DNA of 64,000 bases from Heterodontus francisci (taxonomy: Eukaryota). Below the pieces are notes generated by a model that was given only the letters and a program-made list of their open reading frames with translations, ran no database searches and had not been told where the DNA came from. The position numbers were made by a program, and so were the translations under genes. The stretch is from contig NC_090413.1 in NCBI RefSeq assembly GCF_036365525.1, positions 22,937,869-23,001,868 of the forward strand, in the 5' to 3' direction. This document shows, in pieces, positions 1 to 12,860 of this stretch (the first letter of the stretch is position 1; each line of letters starts with the position of its first letter).

Positions 1-124
1 GGCCATGTTAATTCAACTCTCATGCCATTCAACTCAATAATGCCAATATTGTGTAACTCATCTCCCTCACTTCTATAATCCAATCCAAGTGTTGTGTCTC
101 TGCTGATTCTTTTCATTATTTTAA

Positions 125-520
125 AAAAGGTATTCATTCTCTGGATGTGCTGGTAAGGTTGGAATATATTGCACAATTCCCTAGTTGGAAGGTGGTCACG
201 GGCTGCCTCCTTAAACCGCTGATAACAGTTTGATGCAACTGTGAATGGCTTGCTGGACCACTTCAGCAGGTAGTTGAGTTGACTACATTGGTGTGGGACT
301 GAAGTCATATATACTGACTAAGGACAGCGAAGTTTCTTTCTCTAAAGAACATTGATGACCCAGCGTGTCACATGATCCCCCCCCCCCCCCACCCCTTACA
401 GATTTTTTTTTAAAAGCTGAATTTAAATTTTCAAAATGCAAAGGTGGGATTTGAACTCACGTTCTCTGGATTAGTGGTCCAGGCCTCTGGATTGCTAGGT
501 CCAGTAACATAACCACGATA
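125..520 (-). mobile_element. Degenerate LINE 3'-end fragment(s)
   Basis: attcattctctggatgtg...ggaaggtggt resembles the reverse of the LINE tail seen at 59428; boundaries approximate. Confidence 0.4.
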
Positions 521-654
521 CTATATCTTGTCTTCTGTCCTACTTTTTCTAGGCCTCCTGTCAAAACTTCAGGTTTATTGATTAAAAAGTGTGCATTAGG
601 TTTTTAATTTTTTTTAAAATGTGAAGTATTTCAGAGTCTTTCTCCTGTTGATAG

Positions 655-732
655 GTATAACCAAACTGCGTTATAAACCTGCCTTCAACCCCTACACCGA
701 GCCAAGTATGGAGATCTTCAGCTATCATGAAG
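655..732 (+). CDS. FARSA: Phenylalanine--tRNA ligase alpha subunit, internal exon (third from last)
   Basis: ttgatag|GT..GAAG|gtatga; 78 nt, phase 1-1; encodes (G)[25 protein letters not shown](G), matching the [18 protein letters not shown] motif. Confidence 0.96.
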
Positions 733-1304
733 GTATGATTGAAATGAGGAATAGTTGTTAAGGCCTGATGTACATTGCGAGTGGTTCAAGGTTCATGCGG
801 TGGTAATGCCTCGTCTAACCTGGGTGTACTCATTTTCTTTGATAACCCTTTTATGTGTCAAACAAGAGCCCCTGCTTTAGTGTAAATTTATTATAGTCTA
901 TATGAAGCTTGCCCAGCTTGAATTAACATTTTTTTTTTGGTCTCCCTTCTTAAGGCAGTCACTTTTGCTGAGGTCAGGTTTCACGAGTGGCAGTCCCCCG
1001 TCAGCACCGAACTCCGATTCCTCATGTGGGATCCATGTGTAGGCAGGTTGTATGCCATGGGGGCGTCACCACTAAGGCTGACTTCCCTCATGCTCTCCCT
1101 CTCGCATTTCGCTGTCTTGCAGGAGTAGTCACTGAACAATAAGAAGCATACCCCTATCTCAGGAACACAGAACCCAATGTAGCACCCCTAGTGCTGCTTC
1201 AACTGAGATCCTTGGGGGAGAAGACAGTGGAATGAATGCTTTATGTTTCATGCAGTAACATCCCTCAGCATAAGCACAAAATTTACATGATCGATTGAAA
1301 GGAA

Positions 1305-1810
1305 AAAAGAATTTGCATTTATGTAGTGACTTAATAGGGCATTTCAAAACACTTCACAACCGATCAAATATTTTTGGTGTGCTGCCACTGTTGCTTGGCA
1401 ACCATTTTGCGCACAGCAAGAACCCATAAATAGAAAATGAATGAACAAAAACAGAAAATGCTGGAAATACTCAGCAGGTCAGGCGGCAAAAATTAACTCT
1501 CTTTCTCTCTCTCCACAGATGCTGCCTGACCTGCCGAGTATTTCCAGCACTTTGTTTTTGTTTCAGATTTCCAGCATCTGCAGTATTTTGCTTTTGTATT
1601 AATGAATGAACAACCCTTAATCTGTTTTTGATGGTTGAGGGAAGAATAGTGGCCAGACCACTGGGAGAGCTCCCCACTCTTCAAAAGATCCCATGGCACT
1701 TCTTGCATTCGCCTCAGCAGGCAGAAGAGGCCTTGGTGTCAGCCTAGATTACTTGCTCAAGTCTATAATGGGGCTTGAATGTACAGTCTTCTGACTCAGG
1801 AGGTGAGCGT
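1305..1810 (-). mobile_element. Deu-domain SINE (SacSINE1-like), interrupted by a Penelope-derived insertion
   Basis: Reverse of the gaagagcaggggagttctcc..tggccaatatt core seen at 27198; insertion at 1449-1600. Confidence 0.6.
1444..1600. mobile_element. Short fold-back Penelope pLTR fragment with 13-bp TSD
   Basis: Arms 1444-1488 and 1520-1562 are reverse complements of pLTR sequence (cf. 38101-38170); AATGAATGAACAA at 1436-1448 and 1601-1613. Confidence 0.75.
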
Positions 1811-2229
1811 GTTGTCGACAGGAAGATGATGCTTAGAAATGCTGCTGCACTCAAAAGATCAATGATTTTAATGTTATTTAACTTATTCAGTAACTTTTTA
1901 TTTTAATCCAAACTTGCATGACCTATTCAATGGCCATGTATGGTCCATGTACATGAGCTCCATATCATCTTAGTTGGTCACAAAACCCAAGCTGAAAGCA
2001 GATTGCACTTTTTTAAAAGCTGCGATACTTGCAGAAACATTCCAGACTGCTTTGGGGATTGTACTAAATCCCACAACTAATAGACATGATGATTTAAGTA
2101 GCGTCCATCTTAGTTTGACCTTTTTGTATTATTGGCGGCTACGGACACTTGGAGCTGTTCACATGCATGGAATGGTCTCCGCTCCAAGGATCTCGTGCTG
2201 CATTTAGAGAAATGTTCTGTTTTCTCCAG

Positions 2230-2344
2230 GATTAAAGAAGTGGGTAGAGGTTGGAAATTCTGGTGTTTTCCGCCCTGAGATGCTGCTGCCAATGGGTCTG
2301 CCGGAAAATGTGACCGTGATTGCATGGGGCCTCTCTCTCGAGCG
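2230..2344 (+). CDS. FARSA: FARSA penultimate exon
   Basis: ttctccag|GA..CG|gtaagt; 115 nt; encodes (G)[37 protein letters not shown](R), class II aaRS motif 3 (WGLSLER); phases join the flanking exons. Confidence 0.97.
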
Positions 2345-4964
2345 GTAAGTGCCAACCTGGCCTGATACAAGTTGAAGGATGATTGTAGACTTTAATGAGA
2401 ATGTGTTCACAGCCTTCAAAGCACCTCCTGCACTGCCTCAACAAATTTGTCCAGATAGTAGGTGGCAGATTTTTTTCAAAAAGCATAGTAGGAACTTGTA
2501 TTATGTAGCATTTCATGACCTCAGGTGTTCCAAAGCACTTTACAGCCAATTAAATACTTTTGAAGTGTTGTCCACGTTACAATGTAGAAATTAGTGGTAA
2601 TGAGGGATTCGGGGTGGGGGTGGTGTAACAGGTTGAAACAGCTGATGGGATTTAGCAGTTCTATTTCAGTACTGAGCAGAACTGTTTGAAAACCGACACA
2701 AATTAGCACTTGGAGCAAAGTTGTTGAAGTCAACCGAGCTGTTATTCTTTCACATGCACTTTCACACCTGTGAGTGCTGACTGTTAGCTACAGCACTCTG
2801 CTGATGGTCCAGCTGTTTAAGGCAGTGAGCAACTGAATTCTACAGACAAGATCTGTTCCCAGTTAGCTAATCATAACTGGGGTGGTGGTTGGGGGCACAC
2901 AGTTAATCTCTACACATCCTGGGATTGGGGGAGGGGGAAATCCGTCTGAGTTCCCAATCATGATTTTGACCCCTGATTAGCGAGTTCTTGTGCGGGCAGA
3001 CTCTGGCTTTCCAGCACCGGACGCACGCTGCACCTGAGTAGGGAGTGTTTGATATTGACACTGGATGTCTAAAACAGGGAAATATTCCATTCCCAGCACT
3101 AGCCTCTCTCAAATTTCAAATTACCCTATGTAAATGAATGTATTTCTGTTTCTATTACTTGATCGACACAGTTTGGAGCTTTTCAATTCCCATTCACCTA
3201 ACACTCCCCACAGGAGCAGTTGATGTACACAGCTTTCATTTGCACTCCTCAGTCAGATAGTCACAGTTTTGCACGGCATGTTACTTAGCTGGTCTTAGCC
3301 TTGAGAATAAAATCCACTCAACGCAACAGCTCTTCATCCATTCACCTCTGTGGAAAATGTGATTGGATGAGGTTTTCATCATCTATTAAACAAGCACGTA
3401 GCCTGCACTGCAAACCTTCAGCACTCCACTAATCCTCTTACTGAGTTGCCCCCAGCTAAATTCCACTGTGTAGCAGAGAGCTTAAAAGCTATTTATCAAC
3501 TAAATCCCAGAGATTTACTGATGGAGCATTAATTAAGAATCAGTCCCTGGACATGTAATCTCATTTGTCTTTGCTTTTTCAGTGATGTAGAACTTTCAGG
3601 CCACACCCACCCTCACCTTTTCCAAGTTTCCTTTTGAGATGCATAAAATTCCCTGGGTCGATAAACTGGTCCCAGGCACACTGAGATGCTCTGAAAACGG
3701 GCGTTACCTTACCTGCTGTGGAGGAATTGAGTGGCTTGCACTTTTGAGTATTTTGTTACAGAACATATCCTACACTGCAGGCAAGCAGAGCACAACCATA
3801 AAGGGTTTCTCTGAAAGTGAGTATGATGGCTATTAGTGGCAGTTCTGCCCCCCTATATGAAAGGCAGTACAGCGTTGGGAGTGTTGGCCTAGATTATGTG
3901 CTCAGCTCTCGGGAGTGGGAACGCATGACCTAACTCTGGGACGAGAGTGCTGCCCGCAGAGCCACAGTTGACACTTGCCTGTTAAGGTTTATCAAGAAAA
4001 CTGATGAAAGATATGCTTTTTGGGACATTTTGGGAAACAAAGTAGTGCTGAGGAGATATCAAATATCTTCACATCAGTAAGGGAAACTAGTGGGTTAGAA
4101 GTCTTCGTGTGCCCTCCCTCCCAACTTTGCTCATAGATTGGCCACTTGATGGCATACTGGTATGCAAGACTTAATTTGGGGGGTGGAGAAGAGTTAGGGG
4201 AAAACTTTTCTAAAAACAGAGATAACTGCAAGCAAATGAATCTTGGTCATAATCCCACATAAGTCAAACTCTTTGCTATAGTGTAATTTTCTTTTCGGGA
4301 AACTTTTTTTGCTCGGGCAATGACCTCAAGTCAAGGACCAAGACTAACCACCTTGAGTGACAAGCCTGGGAATTATTTTTTTCAATCTGTCTCCTGTATC
4401 GCTGCTATTCCATTTGTTCAGTAAGATGTCAGTAGTGCCTGTCTGGCTTTAACTAATTACCAATTCCTGAATAGAGCTGGCGCCATGAGGGCGGAACATT
4501 AGGAAATGGCCAAGGGTGAGCAGGAGCTTGGGGATTACATGCAGTCGCTGGGTACAAGGTCCAAATCTAAATAACATCCTCTGTACAACTTCAAACACAT
4601 ATCAGTGCCCCTTCGGTTCCATTTATAAATAGCACAGACACATTCACCTGATTGCGTTTCCTATGGGGCAGGAAACCGCAGCTTTGTCCTGTAACTTTAT
4701 AAGTGCTGACAGCTTCAAATATGGGCCAGAATCAATTATCTCCCATCACCTGATCAGGAGGATTTACTTGGACAGTGAATTAAATGCAGTTTGTCCTTAA
4801 CTTCTTTGCAGTTGCCAGTCTCCCTCTCCTTCAAACAAAAATGAATGCCCAACTGAAATGCTGTAAAGTAGTCTAAAATCAAAACTCGATTTGTGCTTTT
4901 CTATTTTTAAATAAAGTATTTTATCCCATCTCTTTGGCTTTCTTGATCTTCACACTATTCTCTA

Positions 4965-6170
4965 CAAATTTGATTGAATTTTTCGAGGAGGTGACTGGGT
5001 GTGCAGATGAGGGTACAGCAGTTGATGTCGTCTACATGGACTTCAGTAAGGCTTTTGATAAGGTCCCGCATGGGAGATTGGTCAAGAAGGTAAGAGTCCA
5101 TGGGATCCAGGGCAATTTGGCAAATTGGATCCAAAATTGGCTTAGTGGCAGGAGGCGATGGTTGAGGGTTGTTTTTGCGATTGGAAGCCTGCGACCAGTG
5201 GTGTACCACAGGGATTGATGCTGGGACCTTTTGCTGTTTGTAGTGTACATTAATGATTTATATGTGAATATAGGAGGTATGATCAGTAAGCTTGCAGACA
5301 AAAATTGGTGGTGTCGTAAATAGTGAGGAGGAAAGCCTTAGATTACAGAACGTTACAGATAGGCTGGTAAGATGGGCAGAGCAATGGCAAATGGAATTTT
5401 TAATCCTGAGGAGTGTGAGGTGATGTATTTTGGAAGGTCTAACAAGGCAAGGAATATACAATGGATGGCAGGACCATAGGAAGTACAGAGTGTCAGAGGG
5501 ACCTTGGTGTACTTGTCCATAGATCACTGAAGGCAGCAGCACAGGTAGATAAGGTGGTTAGGAAGGCATTTGGGATATTTGCCTTTATTAGCCGAGGCAT
5601 AGAGTATAAGAGCAGGGAGGTTATGATGGAGCTGTATAAAACGCTAGTTAGGCCACAGCTGGGGTTCTGGGCACCACACTATAGGAAGGATGTGATTGCA
5701 CTGGAGAGGGTGCAGAGGAGATTCACCAGGATGGTGCTTGGGCTGGAGCATTTCAGCTATGAAGAGAGACTGGATAGACTAGAGCAGAGAAGGCTGAGGG
5801 GGGATCCTGATTGAGGTGTACAAAATTATGAGGGGCATAGATAGGGTAGATAGGAAGAAACATTTTCCCTTAGCGGAGCAGTCAATAACCAGGGGGCATA
5901 GATTTAAGGTAAGTGACAGAAGGTTTAGAGGGGATTTGAGGAAAAACTTATTCACCCAGAGGGTGGTTGGAATCTGGAACGTACTGCCTGAAGGGATGGT
6001 AGAGGCAGGAACCCTCACAACATTTAAGAAGTATTTAGATGAGCACTTGAAATGCCATAGCATAGATAGCTTCGGGCCAAGTGTTGGGAAATGGGATTAG
6101 AATAGATAGGCTTGATGGCCGGCACAGACATGATGGGCCTGTTTCTGTGCTGTATAACTCTATGACTCTG
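4965..6170 (+). mobile_element. 5'-truncated CR1 LINE (RT C-terminal half plus 3' tail) in FARSA intron
   Basis: Peptides TNLIEFFEEVT, VDVVYMDFSKAFDKVPHGRL, QRDLGVLVH, LERVQRRFTRM; frameshifted; tail ctgtgctgtataactctatgactct. Confidence 0.93.
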
Positions 6171-6290
6171 GGTGGTTAGGTGGACAGATGAGCTGTTCCC
6201 AAAGAGCCAGTCCTTAGGAGATTCATAAATACCACTTTGGATGCTTTGCCTTTTTGACCCTTTGCTGACTCTGGTGCAATGTCCAAACAA

Positions 6291-6618
6291 GTGGGCAGCG
6301 CAGTGGTTAGCACCGCAGCCTCACAGCTCCAGGGACCCGGGTTCAATTCTGGGTACTGCCTCTGCGGAGTTTGCAAGTTCTCCCTGTGACCGTGTGGGTT
6401 TACGCCGGGTGCTCCGGTTTCCTCCCGCCGCCAAAGACTTGCAGGTGATAGGTAAATTAGCCATTGTAAATTTCCCCTAGTGTAGGTAGGTGATAGGGAA
6501 TAAGGGATTACTGTAGGGTTAGTATAAATGGGTGGTTCTTGGTCGGCATAGACTCGGTGGGCCGAAGGGCCTGTTTCAGTGCTGTATCTCTAAATAAAAA
6601 AATAAAAAAAAAAAAAAA
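6291..6618 (+). mobile_element. HE1-type tRNA-derived SINE
   Basis: A-box-like gcagtggttagc, B-box-like gggttcaattc, central gggtgctccggtttcctccc, CR1-like tail gggccgaagggcctgtttcagtgctgtatctct, poly(A). Confidence 0.88.
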
Positions 6619-6749
6619 GTATAACTAACAAATGCTCCCATCTGATGCATTTAGCAAACGAGGAAGCTGCTGGGCTCTGTCCATGGTCTGAGTTAAATTA
6701 GCCACAGCGCCAGTATAGGTACTAGGCAAAAGAGCCAAAGGGAAGATGA

Positions 6750-7140
6750 GAATTTTTTTAATGCAGCAAGTTGTTTTGCGCTGCCTAAAAGGGTGGTGGA
6801 AGTTGTAACTTTCAAAAGGAAATTGGATATATACTTGCAGGGGAGTGAAACTAATTGGATAGGTCTTCCAAGAGTTGGCGCAAAGGGCCTCATAAGAACA
6901 TAACAAATAGGAGATGAAGTGGACCATAATGGCCCCTCGAGCCTGCTTTGCCGTTAAATATGTTAATGGCTGATCTTCTGTCTTAACTCCACTTTGCCGC
7001 CCGCTCCCCATATCCCTTGATTCCCTGAGAACAAATATCTGTCTGTCTCAGCCTTAACTATACCCGAAGGTAGAGCATCCACAACCCACTGGGGTAGACA
7101 ATTCCAAAGATTCACAACGCTCTGCGTAAAGAAATTTCTC
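6750..7140. mobile_element. Two short CR1 3'-end fragments, tail to tail
   Basis: aaaaggaaattggatatatacttgcagg (+) followed by cataagaacataac..ggaccataatggcccctcgagcctgc (-). Confidence 0.55.
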
Positions 7141-7580
7141 GTCCTTTATGTTGTATGGTTCTATATGATTCCAGAGACACTCTATTCATGCACAATATGA
7201 CACATTCACTGAATAGCCTTCAGCGACACTAAATTAATACAAATTTTCTTTATCAACACAGCTCCCCTGCTCCAGAATATAGTTTCCATAAACAGCACAA
7301 GTACATTATGTTTAGTTTGGAAACTTCTGATGTGATAAACCTCTTGCTATTCACACTGAAGGATTCCCAAGTGTGAATGTCATTGTTGTGTGTTCATCAA
7401 TCTGAAGCTGACCTCAGGGCTACATGTAGTCAAGTTCACATATTCTGCTTGATAGGAAGGGAAGAGGGCTGGAATTCTGATATCCCTTGCCCTGGCCCCA
7501 GTCTCAATCCAAAACAATCGGGAAACAAAAATCCACTATCTGCTTTAATTTTGCCTTTTTCTTTACTACTTGCTTTCCAG

Positions 7581-7686
7581 ACCAACCATGATCAAGTACG
7601 GAATCAATAACATCCGTGAGCTGGTGGGGCACAAGGTGAACCTACAGATGGTGTACGATAGCCCAGTCTGTCGCCTGGACTCTTAG
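7581..7686 (+). CDS. FARSA: FARSA terminal coding exon
   Basis: tgctttccag|A then [37 protein letters not shown]; matches the FARSA C-terminus. Confidence 0.97.
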
Positions 7687-8143
7687 CATTTAGGTGTTGA
7701 CGCAGCGCATACGGACTCTTACCGAAGCGTGTGTTTGACACTTCTTTAGACTGGGAAAATGTTTCGCTGTATTTAAGTTTGGGGGTCGGGGAGAGGAAAA
7801 TTAAAACAATATTTTAGGCTTTATAGCCCCGGAAAGTGGTTTGCTGTCACTTAGCCATGCCATTTTCACTGCCTCTGGCACCCCTTATGCAAAATTGTGT
7901 ACGTGCTCCACTTCGTATTTTAAGTTGATCTTTCAAGATGTTGCAGGGACCTGGCAAGTTTACGCATGGTTATTGTAGAAAGTTGTGAGCCATCAACTTA
8001 AAATAGTAGTGGAAGCTGGAATTGAGCTGCAGATTAATTGGAGTAAAAGTTACCTTTTTTAATCTTTGGGATGCTACCTGAACTATTCTGATGAAGAGGT
8101 CATATACTGGAACCATCAGTTCCTCCCTGCCTAATTATCAGCA

Positions 8144-8406
8144 AATAAAACCCAGTATGAACTGATGAAACCAAGTAGAAGGAAAGGAAGAAGTGGTTTT
8201 GGTCATTGTGTCGTCCTTTTTATAATTAATGTGGTCCTGGCTCTTTCCCTTTCTTGTGTTTCATACAGTGGCATTTTGAAAAGCTGTCGCTGTGGCACAT
8301 ACCTCATTATCATATGCTTAAAATGTCTTGATTCCTGAGGAGTATGTTTATAATAGTCATCTTATAGCAAAGAATGAAATGGGAACTGTAAATGTAAAGC
8401 AATAAA
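8144..8406 (+). terminator. Candidate FARSA polyadenylation signals
   Basis: AATAAA at 8144-8149 and 8401-8406; the second is followed by GT/T-rich sequence (~8430-8480). Confidence 0.55.
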
Positions 8407-10139
8407 TGGATCAAAACTGAAGTGTATTCTATGGTGTTTCTCCTCTCGGCCAATCACCCCTTTTTATGCTTTTTTTTTTTGTTGAGTGATTGGAATAAGT
8501 CCAAGTTGATTTATTGCGAGCTCTCAACGCCACTCAAGAGGCTGTAATATCCACAGGGAGATTATTACTCGTATCCTAGGCTTATCAGAAATCTGACATT
8601 CTGTTAGTTTGGGAGTGGGTGGGAGAAATGATGTGTGACGCTGAAGGAAGAGGGAAGCTTACATAAAGTCCGAGTGGCCATTTACATGCAAACCTAGTCA
8701 TTGCTGGCAGACTGTGGAGGGCATCACCCTTGAACCTGATGCTGTGCATGTGCACCCACGCATACACATTCCAGAAGGGATCAATACCTACTCAGTAACC
8801 ACAGTGTTGCTGAAGTCAATTATAGCATCCTACCATCACCTTGACTGAGGTCTGCTAACTCAACATTGACCAGGGTTCAATCTAGTCTGTGTGGCTCAGC
8901 ACCAACTTTTGCCCATTTAAGCCATTGGCGTGTTCACCGAATCAGTATTAATTTGCCAACTTTCAAAGTCTGAGATTCCTGCAGTTAAATGCACACGTGA
9001 CCAGTCTTGTGTGTTGGCAAATTCAATCAAGCCTGCCCCTTGCACAGAGGCACCAGTTCTCAAACATTTGCTAAAGGTTGATGTTCTGTCCACAGCAAGC
9101 ATGTGGCTCATTGGTTGCCTCCTCTGTGGGGAGGAATTGCTATCCATTCTAGGGAACCCCAGAGGGCAGGATCGAAGGTGTGATGTAGATGGCTTGGAAT
9201 ACCATTTACCACAGTGATAAAGTTAATTGTGTAGCTTTCTTATGTATAGACACAGGAGCTATAAAAAGCAGCCAACTTGCCATCTGCAGGCCCAACATCG
9301 AATGAACATACAAATTAGGAGCAGAAGTAGGCCATTCAGCCCCTCAAATCTGCTCTGCCATTCAATTAGATAGTGGCTGATCTGTTTGTGTTTCGAATTC
9401 CACGCTCCCATCTACATATGAACTTTCCCGTTGGGTTGGGACAGTTGGCAATCGTCCACCCATGCCAGCTGGGGTGAGAGCACCCAGTAGGAAGAGGTGG
9501 TGCAGCTGCACTGCAGTCAGAATAACATTGGTTACCTGAAATCAAGGACTAGAACGTTTCACAAACCGGGACTGTTCAGAACTGAGTATCTATGTAAATG
9601 TATAGTTTCTTAATAAAATATTGAATCTATACAGACTGATACAGTGCAAGTATTGCAGATCAAGAATGTTTAATAAAGGATATCGCTGGGAATGAGAGCA
9701 AGTGCTTCTTTGAAGATGTCTCCAGGATGTCCATACACAATCACAACAGTTGGGAAGAGCACGTGGTAAGTAGAAACTTGCAGGTTGTTGTGGCATACTA
9801 AATCACTCATCCAAATTAACAAGGGGTTTTAACAGTTTTTAAGTGCAGGTTTGCTTTACCAGCCAGTCTTTTTAATCCCGTGACAAATCACTGCCTTTTT
9901 CATGCAACGATGATTGCTGTCATCTTGGCCGCCAGTTGAGACTTGCTGATAATGTGCGTGGAAACTGCTCAAATTTCAAGCATTAAAACCTAGAACATTG
10001 GCATGAAGTAAACAGAATTTGTCAGATGTTCACCATGGGTGTGCAAGTGTTAAGGGTGGATGCAGTGTACAGCAGCAAGAAATTATTCCAAGTGTGAAAG
10101 GGACGAGCTGAGAGGCAAGATTAATGCTGCTTGCGGCAT

Positions 10140-10420
10140 CCGAGAGTGAAGACAATCAGAGGGGAACCTAGCTGAAATGTATAAAATATTCAATAAGATA
10201 AATACAAACTATAACTTTTAAATAAGGCAGAATATTAGAACCAATGGTCTTGAATATAAACTAGTGCAAAATAAATGCAGAAAGAACACCTTCATACAAA
10301 GAGTAGTAAATATCTGGAATAGTCTGACCAGGGAATTAAGAGACAAGCTGTAAGAGCATTCAAAACACAATTAGATTCTAGTCTGGCAGAGTTAGATGAG
10401 TTTCAGAGTATAAATTTGTC
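10140..10420 (+). mobile_element. Old CR1 3' fragment
   Basis: agaggggaacctagctgaaatgtataaaat..ttcatacaaagagtagtaaatatctggaat (RGDL.E.YK / F.QRVVN.WN). Confidence 0.55.
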
Positions 10421-10564
10421 TGATAACGCTCCTGTGAACCAGCTTGGGATGTTTTACTATGTTAAAGACGCTATAAAAATGCAAGTTGTCGAGTGGCCGT
10501 TCCTTGACCTTAATTTCTTGTCATATTCACAAATGTGTCGGCCGAACATGCATATATGTAATTA

Positions 10565-10570
10565 TTTATT
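10565..10570 (-). terminator. Candidate proximal poly(A) signal of the SMIM44-like gene
   Basis: tttatt on + (AATAAA on -), ~230 nt after the stop; another at 8510-8515. Confidence 0.4.
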
Positions 10571-10801
10571 TTGGCTTCTGCTACATTAGGAAATACATTA
10601 AGATTTATATATTTCATGGAGCGAAAATGTCACAAGTAATCTTGACCGATTTGTCAACATTATCAGTTACAATAAAACCGCTCAGTGGTGATGGCAGCTG
10701 ATGCCATTAGAATGAGTTCGGTCGGTGTTAACTGATGGAATGAGGATTTTGCTGTACAACTCCTCTTTGGTGAATCCATCCCCGTATTCCTGTCTCTGAA
10801 G

Positions 10802-10950
10802 TCACGTCTCTTGTGGTAGATGCAGAGTCTCCTCTTCTGGGATTTGGATTTCCTCCTGATTCTGGAGAGGGTACGAGGGTGTTTCACGGGTGACGCATTT
10901 CAGGTCATTGCCAGTCTCGCTATCCTGCTGCCTTGGACCAAATATGCAAT
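10802..10950 (-). CDS. SMIM44-like small integral membrane protein, exon 2
   Basis: Acceptor gttttcccaatag|AT; G+AT gives D, then CIFGPRQQDSETG...HLPQET-TGA; DCIFGP recalls DWAFGP of human SMIM44; joined protein 130 aa. Confidence 0.82.
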
Positions 10951-11009
10951 CTATTGGGAAAACATTTGAAGGAAGACAATTCACTTAAAAGTGGATGTGA
11001 TTTCTATCA

Positions 11010-11290
11010 TGTGCAATTATAGAATGGTCCAGCGCAGGAGACCACTCGGCCCGTCATACCTATGCCAGCTTTGGTAGAGCCATCAATTAGTCCTATTTCC
11101 CCTGTCCTTTTCCCACATCCCTGCAAATTTTTCCCCTTCAAATATTTATCCAATTTCCTTTCGAAAGTTATTATTGAATCTGCTTCCGCCGCTCTTGCAG
11201 GCTTTGTGTTCCAGAACTTGCTGACAGAAAAAAATTTCATCTCTCCTCTGGTTCATTTGCCAAATTTACTCCCTGGTTATTTGAAAGATT
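11010..11290 (-). mobile_element. CR1 3'-end fragment
   Basis: Translates as ..AEADSIITFERKLDKYLKGKNLQG.., typical CR1 C-terminus plus tail. Confidence 0.7.
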
Positions 11291-11304
11291 GAAGAGATAG
11301 GACA

Positions 11305-11705
11305 AACTTGCATTTAAATAGCAACTTTTAAAGTCCTCAAGATCTTCCAAAGCGCATTTTTTAAAAATAGTTATTCAATGTGTAAGAAAATGCAGTAGCC
11401 AATTTGCAGCAAGCACCATCTTTGCAAACAGCGATGAGACAAATGATCAGTTATTCTGTTGTGGGCGTGCATTCGAGAGATAAATGGTGGGCGGGAGACT
11501 GGGAGAACTCCTTGCTCATCCTTGAACTGTGCCGTGGGGGTTGGTTTAACAACTCATCCAAAAGATGGCACCAGTATCAATGTAACATTCCCTCACTACT
11601 GCACTGGAATGTCAGCTTAGATTTTGTGCTGGTTTGGAATTTGAATCCAGAGCCCCTCAAAGCCATGAGCATCACCAACTGCATCAGTGTACCTTGGCCA
11701 CTGAG
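11305..11705 (-). mobile_element. Deu-domain SINE, degenerate
   Basis: acttgcattt..ccaaagcgc..gggagaactcc..cattccctcactactgcactgg..tcagcttagatt. Confidence 0.55.
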
Positions 11706-12039
11706 CATTGGGCTAGAGAACGTGAGAAAGATACTCAGCCCTGCATGATTTTTATTTCAGGAGCTTGGATTTATGCAGCACTTTATCGCATCCCAAAGAG
11801 CTTTACAACTAATGAATTATGCTTAAAAGTTTTGCCACTGTTATTATGTAGCAGGCAATTTTATTTCCGGATTGGTGGGTGCAATAACTTAAAGGAGAGA
11901 TCATCAGGTGGTGCGGGATAGGGGGATTGCAGTTACTACAACCCACTTAAACTTTGAAGATTTACTAGTAGAAATGTAGTAACTGCCTTCTGATGATATT
12001 GTCTGGTGGGAATACTATATTAGTACACACAAGGTATAG

Positions 12040-12860
12040 AGTCATAGAGACTATTTATGGCACAGAAGGAGGCCATTTGGCCCATCGAGTCGATGCTGGC
12101 TTCACAGAGCTATCCAGTCAGTCCCACTCCTCCGCTCGATCCCTGTAGCCCTGCATGTTTATTTCCTTCATAGAGATAGATGGTTAGTTGTCTGTTGGAG
12201 TAATCATGCCCTAGTTTGTGATGTTGGGGTGATTTGGTTCCTCAAAGGATACAGTTGCCATAGTTATGATTCTTGGGTAATATTCCAGTGCTCGGGTATT
12301 CAAATCTCACCATGACAAGTTATTGAATTCAATATATTCGGGTATTTGGAGTCTAGCGCCAGGAAATGTAACCAGCTGGATTGTTAAAAGCCCAGCCCAT
12401 CTACTATTTTTTTCCCCTGTTGTTTTCCCACAGCCTTGCAATTTGTTTGCCTTTTCAAGTATTTATCTAATTTTCTTTTGAAAGTTACTATTGAATCTGC
12501 TTCCACCGCTCTTTTTAGACAGTGCGTTCCATTGCACTAGGTGAATTGCTCATTCGGAGAGCCGGTGCAGACATGATGGGCCGAATGGTCTCCTTCTGTG
12601 CTGTAATGATTCTGTGAAATCACAATTTGTTGCATGAAAGTGTTCTCATCCTTCCTCCCTCTACTCCCTTCCCCATTTCTTTTGCTAATTATCTTAAATC
12701 CAGCCCCCTCGCCTGTGAAAACAGTTTCTCCTTGTTTATGCAAGCCTTTCATAATTTTGGACACATTAACCTTCTTTGCCCTGGGAACAATCCAGTTTTT
12801 CTGTTCTCTTCACATAAACTGAAGTCCCTCATCGCTGGTCCTGTTCTAGTAAATCTCTGC
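12040..12860. mobile_element. Cluster of short CR1 3' fragments
   Basis: catagaga..ggaggccatttggcccatcgagtc; gggccgaatggtctccttctgtgctgtaatgattct; aaacagtttctccttgttt. Confidence 0.55.

Noticed and set aside
3714-3776. Possible antisense mini-exon in a FARSA intron (gcctgcag..cag|gtaagg on -)
   Set aside because: Isolated splice-like signals with no partner exon or recognisable peptide
6291-6360. tRNA-like A/B boxes (also 53400, 55830, 27020)
   Set aside because: SINE heads continuing into SINE bodies; no complete cloverleaf
8087-8125. CTGATGA motif in the FARSA 3' UTR
   Set aside because: GAAA box and stems are degenerate; at most a decayed Penelope remnant, with no C/D snoRNA architecture
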